Shown: piece by piece, positions 54,197 to 64,000 of the stretch | Layout of the letters: each line of letters starts with the position of its first letter | Position numbering within the stretch: the first letter of the stretch is position 1 | Source: Eledone cirrhosa | Lineage: Eukaryota | Direction: 5' to 3' | Assembly (NCBI GenBank): GCA_964016885.1 | Contig: OZ024741.1 | Location: 122,326,001 to 122,390,000, forward strand | Length of the DNA: 64,000 bases | The notes under the pieces: model-generated | Seen by the model: only the letters and a program-made list of their open reading frames with translations | Database searches by the model: none | What the model was told of the DNA's origin: nothing | Made by a program: the position numbers and the translations under genes

Positions 54197-55285
54197 TAAT
54201 AATAATAATTGTTTAATTTATTGGTCTCAAGGGTCAACATAAAGGGGTTAATACAAAAACAGTCACAGTGGAGGTTTACAATAAAATTTAGTAAAAATAC
54301 ACAATAAAAAATCAATTAAAAATAACAATCCCCAACAGGTGGGGGGGATAACCACCCAGAGGCGACTCATGTACCCACCAATCCTGAACCAACCGACGCT
54401 TCAAGGAGACCCGGGAAAGACACCCCTCTCCCCCTGAAATTAACCAGCCTACAGGTGGATGGTCAGAGTAGACCCACTCACACGAGCCACTGGCGGTGTG
54501 GTTGTTGTTGGTGGTGATGCTTGTGGTGGTGATGATGATTGTGGTGGTGTTGCTGCAAATCGCCTTGCGGCTTTTACCCCTCTTTCTTTGCCCTCACTAT
54601 TGGAGGGTGAAGCTGCGTTGTTTTTGTGTTTATTTTTTTCTCTTGCAAACCGTTTTCCACTCCTCAGCCGCCTCATACTCCATGTCCGACTGTGAGAGGT
54701 CGGGGAGGGGCATGAGTTCTATATTCTCATTTGTCTTTGTTGTTGTTGGTGGTGGTGATGGAGCCTGGTCTGCCGTTCTTGGCATAGGTACAGCTAGTTC
54801 AACTGTTTCTGTTGCTGCAGCTGCCGTCGCTGTTTTTGTTGTCCGTGGCTTTGGTATGGGTGCCACGGAGGTTGTCCTGCTACTCACTGTAGAAGCTCCC
54901 GACTTTTTCGCTGACTGCTCTGTTTCTGATGGCAGCGGTTCCGTGGTTGGAAGGAGGGAGACCTTCGCCTTTGTTATTTTCTGTGGGTAGAAGGCCCTGA
55001 GGTGAGACTTCGATCCACAGTTGAAGCACTTTGGGCGCCTTCCTTCCACAGATATGGAAAGTTGGGAGCCATTCCCGAGGTCTATTACGTCGGGAATATC
55101 TCTGATGCAGTCCTGGTCGGTTTGGATGAGCATCTCCATTCCAACACCGGACCAGTCCTCTTTTCCAATCTTCTGTTCCTGCAGAATTGTTGTTCTATCC
55201 TCGATGCCCGCAAGGACAGAAACGACCAGCCAAGGCACAGGTACGTAGTTTGGGACCCTGACCTTTGATATATTTTTCCCGCAGT
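54197..55285 (-). mobile_element. Tx1/L1-like LINE copy 4: ORF1 piece fused directly to the last codons of ORF2 and the 3' UTR
   Basis: EDWSGV..CFNCGSKSHLRAF (ORF1) then ARVSGSTLTIHL*, homologous to ARMSGPTLVMRL*. Confidence 0.8.
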
Positions 55286-55294
55286 AAAACGGGA

Positions 55295-57035
55295 CTAATG
55301 TTATCTAGCCTAAGTTGCCAGAGTACGCCTGATAGTGCTGTTGAAGATTTTTTGCTTGGATCTGTGAAAGAATTCTTGTGGTTATTATTAGATATTCGAC
55401 GGCTTGGAATATAGTCTCAAGAGGAATTCCTTTTAATTCATCCTCTGAGACATGTGACCTTTGCGCAGAGGAGATATTCTTTATACTAAAATCTAAAAAT
55501 TCCCTTAATCTACGGACAAATTTATTCAGTTGCTGCAAACATAGATTAAACTCAACTTTTAAATATAAATTTAAATTTAAAATGTAGTATATTTAGTTTG
55601 ATTTATAATTATTTGGGAAACTAGCCGATAAATCTTTCGATTTCTTCTTTTTATTCTTCTTTTTCTTTTTATTTTTATTTAAACATTCTTCATGAAAAAT
55701 TAAACTACCCTAAAAGTTGATGCTCCAAATATTTCGAATAAACGTTACACTAGATAAACTTCTATATTAAATATAAGAACACATGTAGACCAAATGGGCA
55801 TCCTAAACTTTTTGAAATGATTTTTGCTAGACGCGATTTGATAAATAATTTTTAGCTTTATCTGTTTTCGACTCTGATGCTTATAATGAACTTGGCAATA
55901 TATTGTCAATTAATTTTGAAGGGTTGATCTTTGTGGTCGATTTGCGTGGCATATTATGTTTCTATTATGTTTTTATTTTTATTATTGTAATATTTTCTAA
56001 TATTTTTATTTTTAATATGTAATATTTTTTAGTTTTCTATTTTATTATTATTTATTATTATTATTATTATTTTTTGTTTTTGTTTCTGATATTTTTTATT
56101 AATATATTGAAATCTGTTCTCTATTTCTGCTTGATAGATAATCATGTAGAGTAAAGACAAGAATAGTATTGTTAAAATTAATATAGACTCTATATATATG
56201 TGTATATATATACACATATATGTATACTTAAATTTTTATAGCACAATGAGAATGTTCTCCGTGTGAAATAGGGGTTTGCAGAGTTGATCACGTAAATTCA
56301 CATCGATGTTTGTAGTTATCATATAAACATATGAATTTTTAAAACTAAACATAAGATCATTACTTTTCACACATTATGGATACGTGTCTCATTCAGGAAT
56401 ACTGATATTTACATTATAGTGCCTGGTTTTTATACGTACTAATATTTCTACATTAAAACATAGGGTTTTTAAATTATGCCTCGCCTATGTCTGGTTACTT
56501 TTCATTTCTCTCTCTATATAACGGCTGGTTTCTTTCCTAACCACATATATCTCCCTTACATTAATACTAGAGCTAAATAAATAAATAAATAAATGTATCA
56601 TTGATACGTTCATTCAACGGATGTCCAACTACCTACTTTTCTCTATATATATCTATCTCTATCTATTTCCTCTCTCTATATATATCTCTCTCTGTTTCTT
56701 TACATGAAGTTCTTCTCTTTATCTATCTTTCCATCTCTTTATTTTGTTGCATGCATTTCTTCTTTTTCTTCTTTTTCTTCGTTTTCTTTCTTTCTTTTCT
56801 TTCTTTCCTTCTTTCTCTCTTTCTTTCTTTCTGTTTACAATTTTTCACTGCCAAATCAACTTTTTCAAATACAAGTCGATGTTGAACGGTATGTCAAATC
56901 TATTTATCTATAAAACTGTCTATATTGTATTTTGTCTGAGGAAGGCATAACATATTGTTAATATGATATCCCTGAAATATATATAATGAAATAAATATGG
57001 TTTTATAAATATAGTTTCCATTTATTTAATATCGT
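55295..57035 (+). mobile_element. Penelope-like 3' fragment with 5' inversion, long AT-rich UTR and HHR tail
   Basis: Plus strand RYSTAWNIVSRG..CDLCAEEIFFIL..LNLRTNLFSCCKH; minus strand 55297-55387 NHKNSF..STALSGVLWQL; continuity of the UTR is inferred. Confidence 0.7.
56929..56992 (+). ncRNA. type I hammerhead, same family as 9997-10060
   Basis: ATTTTGT CTGAGGA AGGcATAaCATATT gtt AATATGaTATcCCT GAAA TATATA TA ATGAAAT. Confidence 0.8.
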
Positions 57036-57056
57036 ATATATATATATATATATTAC

Positions 57057-57252
57057 TAATAATTGTTTCTACTTTTGGCAGAAGGCCAGCAATTATCCAA
57101 GTGCATTACTGATACATTATTTTATCAACTCCGTAAGGAAGAAAGGCAAAGTTAACCTCGGCGGGATTTGAACTCAGACCGTAAATGGCCGTAACTCTAT
57201 GTTGCAAAGCATAGCGTCCGTCCCTCTACCATTACTGACAATCCAACGCCCA
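57057..57252 (-). mobile_element. tRNA-derived SINE
   Basis: Box A/box B/core pattern, 30 bp into gene B intron 1. Confidence 0.85.
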
Positions 57253-57283
57253 CATATTACTAATAATAATAATGGTAACTTAC

Positions 57284-57587
57284 TTCTATAGAAAGACATC
57301 TGGTCATTGACTGGGCCACTGGTGACTGTCATTATATTCTCTGATGAATGTAACTTACAAAGTTGCACGACTTTGTCATAAGTGAAGAATAGTATTTCGT
57401 TATTTAAAGAAATGGCAGCACATTGTATAAAACTGGTTGCAGGTACGAAGCGATCAGCTGTCTTTTCCAAAATATAACTATAGGTATAGCCATTCTCCAG
57501 AGATCGGTAGTGGGCTTCTTCATAGCGCGGCACCGAGACAACGGACAGTATTGTCGCAATGAGAATTGTCCACCTCATACTAGCCAT
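57284..57587 (-). CDS. Gene B exon 1: signal peptide + PAN/Apple-like domain
   Basis: MASMRWTILIATILSVVSV hydrophobic leader; SFIQCAAIS..FFTYDKVVQLCKLH; donor A|gtaagt, phase 1. Confidence 0.85.
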
Positions 57588-57769
57588 AGATTCCCAGCTT
57601 TGCTTTTCTTTCAATATCGTAAACTTCCGGAGAAAATAGACAGATTATGGTAACATTTTTAAAATATAAAAATATAAATAAGTATAATAAAATACATGAT
57701 AACATTTTAAATTTTAGGTAGTCAATATATATATATGAGAAAAACCACAAACCCTCCTACTCAATTCTA

Positions 57770-57802
57770 CTTTTGAAAAGCAGAACTGCGAAACCGGTAA
57801 AG
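57770..57802 (+). ncRNA. 33-nt minimal hammerhead, U3-A8 core variant, intact
   Basis: CTT TTGAAAA GCAG aa CTGC GAAA CCGG TA AAG, inside a 200-bp TA-flanked element (57737-57930). Confidence 0.7.
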
Positions 57803-57949
57803 GAACCAAATAAATATATATTTTTATAAAAAAAACTCCAGTTGCATTTTCGATTTCATCTTTTTCCTTATACTTTCACTCGTGTAGGACACCGTGTTTT
57901 TTCATTTTGTAAAAAAACATCACTTTCTAATATATATATATATATATAT

Positions 57950-59955
57950 GAATATAAGAAGTACTTACATAACCATAGTGCCGCGTGTTTTTCGGATCGA
58001 GAGGTGGTAGGTGTGGAGTGGGTAGGAGGTGGAGGGGGGTATTTTGTCGAGTAGGGTATTTAAAAAAAAAGGGAAATCTTTTTTAGTCATCTGGCATCAA
58101 CACTGGTTTAAGGTATTTGAAAGTTGCAAAGTTTTTGTGCATGCAATTCGGGCAGTGTTTAAAGAGTTTGTTCAGTAGCGGGCCCTTGGTAAATAATATT
58201 TAGTAGCTCTCTGAAATACAAAGGTCGCAGCAGTTGTGTCCTCTCTTGTATGAGCGCGCTTTCTGGAGTATTTTCCATTTAAGCGTGTAGGAGGGGGGAG
58301 GGGTCCTTTTGAGGTCCCAGACATAGGAGGCGAGTGTAGTCTGATTTGATTTGTCCGGTCTTCTGTAAGAGTAGATAAGGGCATACCATCGGGTCTTAAA
58401 ATTATTGGAAGTCATGCCGATGTAAGTCTTTTTGTTGTTGCCGTCATCGGTGCGTGAGATGACATCACATGTGTATACGATGTCATTTGTAAGGCATTTG
58501 TTTTCAAGTGGACAGGCCTCCTTATTAGGCAGTTGCACAAGGCTTCCGCCCGGGGATTAGGTTCGGAGGTAGTAGGCTTATTTAATTTTTTAAAGTTGAG
58601 ATTGGCTATATTCCTAGCTAGGTTAAGTGTAGTAGAGTAGGAGAGTCTTATTGTGTTCTTATTGAAGATGATGTAGTACCTATGTTGTATGGGGAAGTGT
58701 GTGTTCAGCAAAATGAAGAAAGTCCTAGCTATAGGTGTAGAGACCTCTCTATTGAATGGGTGGGGGGGGGGGGGGGTACCAACTAATCTGCCTATGCCTA
58801 TTCCTCCTAGGTAGTCTTTGGGTGGTTTCTAGGTAAGTGATCTTTTCTTTAAATCTGCTGCCAGCAAGGGCGTCATTGTAGTAGGAGGCAGAGGCGTTAA
58901 ATATATCTTCATTGGCCGAGAGTCCGGAGATTCTAATTGAGACGGTTTTTACTCAGTTATCAGTGATGTTTTTTGGGAGGTTAGAATTAACATTAATCTA
59001 TCTAAGGGACTCATTAGGTTTGTGGTACGGGTAATAGAGGGAAGTATCTAGGTCGAGAGTGACATCTAAAAAGTTGGCCCTAATCATATTCTATGGTTAT
59101 ACTAATCCTAGATTACGGAAGATCGAGCTTAAGTTTCTCCGAAACCCATCGGTGGTTCTGGGGTTAACCTTGTGCAAAGCAAAGAGGCCGTGGTCTCGGT
59201 ATAATCCTCCGGTGAGGCCAGTGAAGAGGTTCTTCAGGTGATGTAAAATGTATAGGCCTACGAGGTTCCTTATTTTAGCCGAGTCACTCCTATGCTGACG
59301 TCAAAGGGGGTCTGAGAGTTCTTGTTGATCCAGTAAGATCCATTGTCGTGTAGAAAGGTCTTACGGGCGTGGAGGATTACGGGCGTGAGATAGAAGCATA
59401 GTAGTCTTCTATGTCGAGTTGCAGGAAGTGAGTGTGGTGTTTGTCGGGCAATTCTTGGGACCAAGAGATTGCCTCAGATGTTCTGCTCCAGAGTGCGAGT
59501 GGTGAGGCAGCCCGCAGTGATGGTAGAACCCTATAGAGGATCTTTTTGCTGATGTCCTAACGTGTGGGGTTCATAAGTCTGACTGATAGTTTGTTGAGGA
59601 AGTTTCCCTTGTGGACCTTCAGGGAAAATTACGGGGTCTTTACCCTTAAAGGTTCGGTTTGGTCGTGTAGTTTAAGGGACTTGGCAATTTCTTTTCCGGC
59701 CGCATTTGTCTCAGTCAATACTATCTCATTTACCTTTTTGTAGGTAGTCGTGATGGCATCTTTAACCAGCTTATTATAGGTGTGTGGGTCTACCTCATAA
59801 AGGTTTTTGGTTTTATCGGAGGAGAAATGGAGATTGGGGGAATCTTTTATATTCTGCAATTCAGTATTTAAGTAGGCCTGGAATGGTGTGTTGGCTCTAC
59901 TACATTTGATATCTTTGATCATCTTTAAGAGGTCTTCCTCAAAAGGTTCAAGTAG
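57950..59955 (-). mobile_element. Penelope-like element, decayed RT + GIY-YIG
   Basis: SDKTKNLYEV, PFDVSIG, NFLDVTLDL, IFNKNTIRLSYS, CPLENKCL..IVY..YIGMTSNNFKTRW..CDLC. Confidence 0.88.
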
Positions 59956-60067
59956 GCTGTTGGTGGGTGGTGCCTTATATGTGTATATATATATACATAT
60001 ATATTAATACAAATATGTATATATATATAATACATACATATATATATATAATGTGTATATATATATG

Positions 60068-60119
<52 letters not shown>

Positions 60120-60693
60120 CGTATATATATAATGCATATATAATGTATATATAATGTATATAATATTTATAGAATGTAGTGATGTGACACACAGTTGATA
60201 TATATAATAGTAAAAAGAAAAAAAAAACAGTAGAAAATGATAAAGGTATTTTCTCTCAGAATAACAGCAAAACATTTATTCCGCACTATTCGTACCGGTT
60301 TCAGCTTATAGGATTCTTCATGCAACGGAGGTTTATAATGAAATTAAATTACATATTAAATTACAAGAATATGGGAAAAAGATTAACATGGTTTACATAC
60401 ATATATAGAGAGAAATGTTCACATTTTTGTCCGTTGTTTTCTCTCTTTCTCTCTTGGTGTTGGCCATAGCTGTGTCACTATAGACGAAAATGTGAACTTT
60501 GACTTGACTTTAATTTTAACATAAAGGTGTTTAAAATAAATAAATAAATGAATAAATATTAATACCACTTCCGGCCCGCATGGTATAGCAAGCTACACGG
60601 ACACTTGAATCATTCCTTTATTTTCCTCAGTTGAAGAGAAATATCTGGTCATATAATTTAATTTTTCTCTGTCCAAACCCTGCATTGTCGTGG

Positions 60694-60769
<76 letters not shown>

Positions 60770-60851
60770 TTATCGGATATGTTACTATTTATAAAAAAAT
60801 TTTGTATTTTATCTGATGAGTGCGTGCCAAAGTTTTTTGGTACCCTTGAAA
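60770..60851 (+). ncRNA. 5' part of a hammerhead of the 9997-10060 family, truncated after GAAA
   Basis: ATTTTAT CTGATGA gtgcGTGCCAAA..TTTGGTACcctt GAAA, then unrelated sequence. Confidence 0.5.
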
Positions 60852-60924
60852 AGTATTGAAGTTTCCGTTGAAAATTGAAAAAGTCATAGGAGTGAAGAGT
60901 GCTCTATGTAAGTACCAGAGCAAA

Positions 60925-62656
60925 ATTTTATGTATAATAAACAATACAATATAATTACCTCATTAACAGAGGTTTCCCGAATAAGTCGAATACGAAAAAA
61001 ACGTCCTCATTCGTTCGTCGGACAAGGTAATATAGAACATAGTGAAATATTTGGAAAGTCTCCTCAAGAAATGCAAAAAATATATTAAAAAATATAGAAA
61101 AATATATAAAAAATATAAGGAAATATTGTTAGGTATGTCTATATGTATGTATATACACTCTCAAATGTACATATGTGTGTATGTACAAATGCATGTGTAT
61201 GGTGAAAATGTGTGCGTAAGTACATATATGAGGGCAAGTATATTTGTGTATATGTGACCACAAATACGGATATAATATGAGTTGAAAAAGAAGATGATAA
61301 TATAGTTGACACGCATCCAGATACAGGTATTAAATACACATACGAGTATGAAAGCACGCGTATAAACACACACACACGCGCGGTCACTTATATGCGGAAG
61401 ATAACGAGGGAAGGGAGTGTAATAGTGAAAAGAAGTGTCATTCTCGATATATGTATAAAAATGAAACAGTATATGAGAATGAAAAAATGTTTAAATGAAA
61501 GAGAAAGTAATCAATTAACACTAGAGAAAAGAAAACAAACATAGGGACGCGCGTACATACACATATATCTATAAAAATTGCTCCTGTAGAGTCAAAAGTG
61601 AATGCCCATTACAAGGTAAATGCAACACCAAAGCCATTGTATATGCGGCTAAAGACACAACCATCAGCAACAACCAACCAGCCACCAGTGAACGATATGT
61701 GGGTATGACACAAGACAAATTCAAAACGCGTTATTACTCACATGTCGCATCTTTCCGACATCCAGAAAAAAGATTCACAACAGCTCTGGCTAGCAGAATA
61801 TGGGATTTGAAAGACCAAGGTATCCAATATAAATTGGATTGGTCAATTTTGAACCAATCTAAAGAATATGCAAGAGGAACAAGAAGATGCACACTCTGCA
61901 TAAGTGAAAAATATTGGATTTTACAAAACTTTAAATCACCAAGAACCTGCCTAAATACAAAAACAGAAATTTTCACCAGTTGCCCACACATGAAATCACA
62001 CTTGCTTTCCAGCTCATATAAACTTAACTCTCTTTCAGATACTTATCCTCCATAAACTCTTATTCTTCACTTTCCTTAAATTATTCTGTTTACAGACTTC
62101 TCTTTCTGATTTACTTTCATTTTTAACTTTATTTTTAATTTAATTTTTATTTTTACTTCACATCCACCAGTAACCTCTCCCCCTACTCTTCGATTCACTT
62201 ACCTAATAACTTCACATTCCACATGTTACTTCCCCATTTTCTTTCACTACCTGATTTCACATTGTCACTTGCGTTTTCCAAATCCAGATATATTCTGTTG
62301 TTCCGCAGCCGATTTTATATTTGTACTCATTTATTCATAAGGCTGCTTTATACTCTGTATCTATATGTCTGAGTGTGTTTATGTGTTTATACGTTCTGTA
62401 TATGTATACGAGCGCCTCCGTATGTGTGCGTGCGTACGTGTGTATAGATATGTGTGCGTGTATGTGTGTTTTTATATCTGTTTTTACATCTATGTTTTTT
62501 ATATTCTTATTTTTACGTGTGTGCGTAAGCGGGGGAATGTACGTGAATGTGTGTGTGTGTGTATATATGTATACGTATGTATGGGTGTGTATGTGTATGT
62601 GTGTATATATATATATATATAGTCGCGTACGTACGTGTGATTAGATATACATGGGG

Positions 62657-62692
<36 letters not shown>

Positions 62693-63410
62693 GTGCCTCG
62701 TGTGTATGTATGTACGCATACATGCGCTTTTGTCTGTACGTATTTGTGTGTATAAATATTTTTTTATAGATATATGTGTATGTACGCGCGTCCTTATGTT
62801 TGTTTTCTTTTCTCTAGTGTTAATTGATTACTTTCTCTTTCATTTAAACATTTTTTCATTCTCATATGCTGTTTCATGTTTATACATATATCGAGAATGA
62901 CACTTCTTTTCACTATTACACTCCCTTCCCTCTTTATCTTCCGCATATAAGTGACCGCGCGTGTGTGTGTGTTTATACGCGTGCTTTCATACTCGTATGT
63001 GTATTTAATACCTGTATCTGGATGCGTGTCAACTATATTATCATCTTCTTTTTCAACTCATATTATATCCGTATTTGTGGTCACATATACACAAATATAC
63101 TTGCCCTCATATATGTACTTACGCACACATTTTCACCATACACATGCATTTGTACATACACACATATGTACATTTGTGAGTGTATATACATACATATAGA
63201 CATACCTAACTATATTTCCTTATATTTTTTATATATTTTTCCATATTTTTTAATATATTTTTTGGATTTCTTGAGGAGACTTTCCAAATATTTCACTATG
63301 TTCTATATTACCTTGTCCGACGAACGAATGAGGACGTTTTTTTCGTATTCGTCTTATTCGGGAAACCTCTGGTAATGAGGTAATTATATGGTATTGTTTA
63401 TTATACATTA
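60925..63410 (+). mobile_element. Penelope-like 3' fragment (GIY-YIG 61580-62055 + UTR) with about 640-bp inverted copy of its tail
   Basis: YVGMTQDKFKTRYYSH..CTLCISEK..CLNTKTEIFTSCPH; 60925-61575 is the reverse complement of about 62765-63410. Confidence 0.88.
63307..63384 (+). ncRNA. hammerhead-like motif with CCGACGA core (inverted copy at 60954-61031)
   Basis: ATTACCTTGT CCGACGA a CGAATGAGGACG...CGTCTTATTCG g GAAA CC tct GG TA ATGAGGTAAT; 10-bp stem I. Confidence 0.65.
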
Positions 63411-63441
63411 TATATATATAGATATAAATTAAATATCTCTT

Positions 63442-63489
<48 letters not shown>

Positions 63490-63635
63490 TATAGTAATAA
63501 TAATAAATGTGAAAACCAAAATCCAAAGAGGGCTCGATAAGGATGAATATATATCAAATATATAAGAACTCTAGAGCAAATATTTATTAAAATAACAGTT
63601 CCCGACACATTGTGTAGTATAACCAACCATATAAT

Positions 63636-64000
63636 ATGGAGGTGGCCACACCATTAGCTAAGATCTTTCTCTCCCTTATTAAGAAGCATTTCCCCTCAGC
63701 TCATAAATATAATAACATTTTTAATAGAAATACCATTAGAATATCTTACTCCACGACTCCTAACTTTGCACATAACATCGCTGCTTCAAATTTAACAAAA
63801 TTACCGAGCCGTTGTAACACTTGCAACCCTGTAGCTAGTACTAACTGTAATTGTAGAAATCGGGTCGACTGCCCTCTATCCGGGAAATGCCTCTTCAGTA
63901 ACATTGTCTACAAATGTAAGGTCGAAACACCCACGTCTATAGGGCCTACATAGGGTTAACCGCCAATAGATTCAAGCAACGTCTTTACATGCACACCCAT
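63636..64000 (+). mobile_element. Penelope-like fragment running off the window end
   Basis: KIFLSLIKKHFP..IFNRNTIRISYS..CNCRNRVDCPLSGKC..IVY. Confidence 0.85.

Overview
Repeat-saturated, AT-rich metazoan genomic DNA; the tRNA-derived SINEs, microsatellite load and gene family suggest an octopus-like cephalopod (inference). Two convergent spliced host genes that the ORF track largely misses can be rebuilt with consistent intron phases. Gene A (+ strand) is the last five exons of a single-pass membrane protein (4385-16693) with 19- and 31-nt microexons and ITIM/YxxM motifs. Gene B (- strand) is a complete 287-aa secreted PAN/Apple-like + uncharacterised-domain protein (57587-26670). The rest is retroelement debris: four Tx1/L1-like LINEs (one near full length), RTE, R4/Dong-like and Vingi/Ingi-like LINEs, many SINEs, DNA-transposon remnants and about seven Penelope-like (PLE) fragments. 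The most striking signal is a dense set of type I hammerhead ribozyme (HHR) motifs, most with palindromic (dimer-type) stem III. They sit in PLE tails and in short non-coding inverted-repeat elements inserted in (TA)n. Several carry a compensatory U3-A8 core (UUGANAA instead of CUGANGA). One lies in a 323-nt tandem retrozyme-like unit (15036-16070) whose sense arm begins at the predicted self-cleavage site. All structures were read by eye; ribozyme activity is untested.
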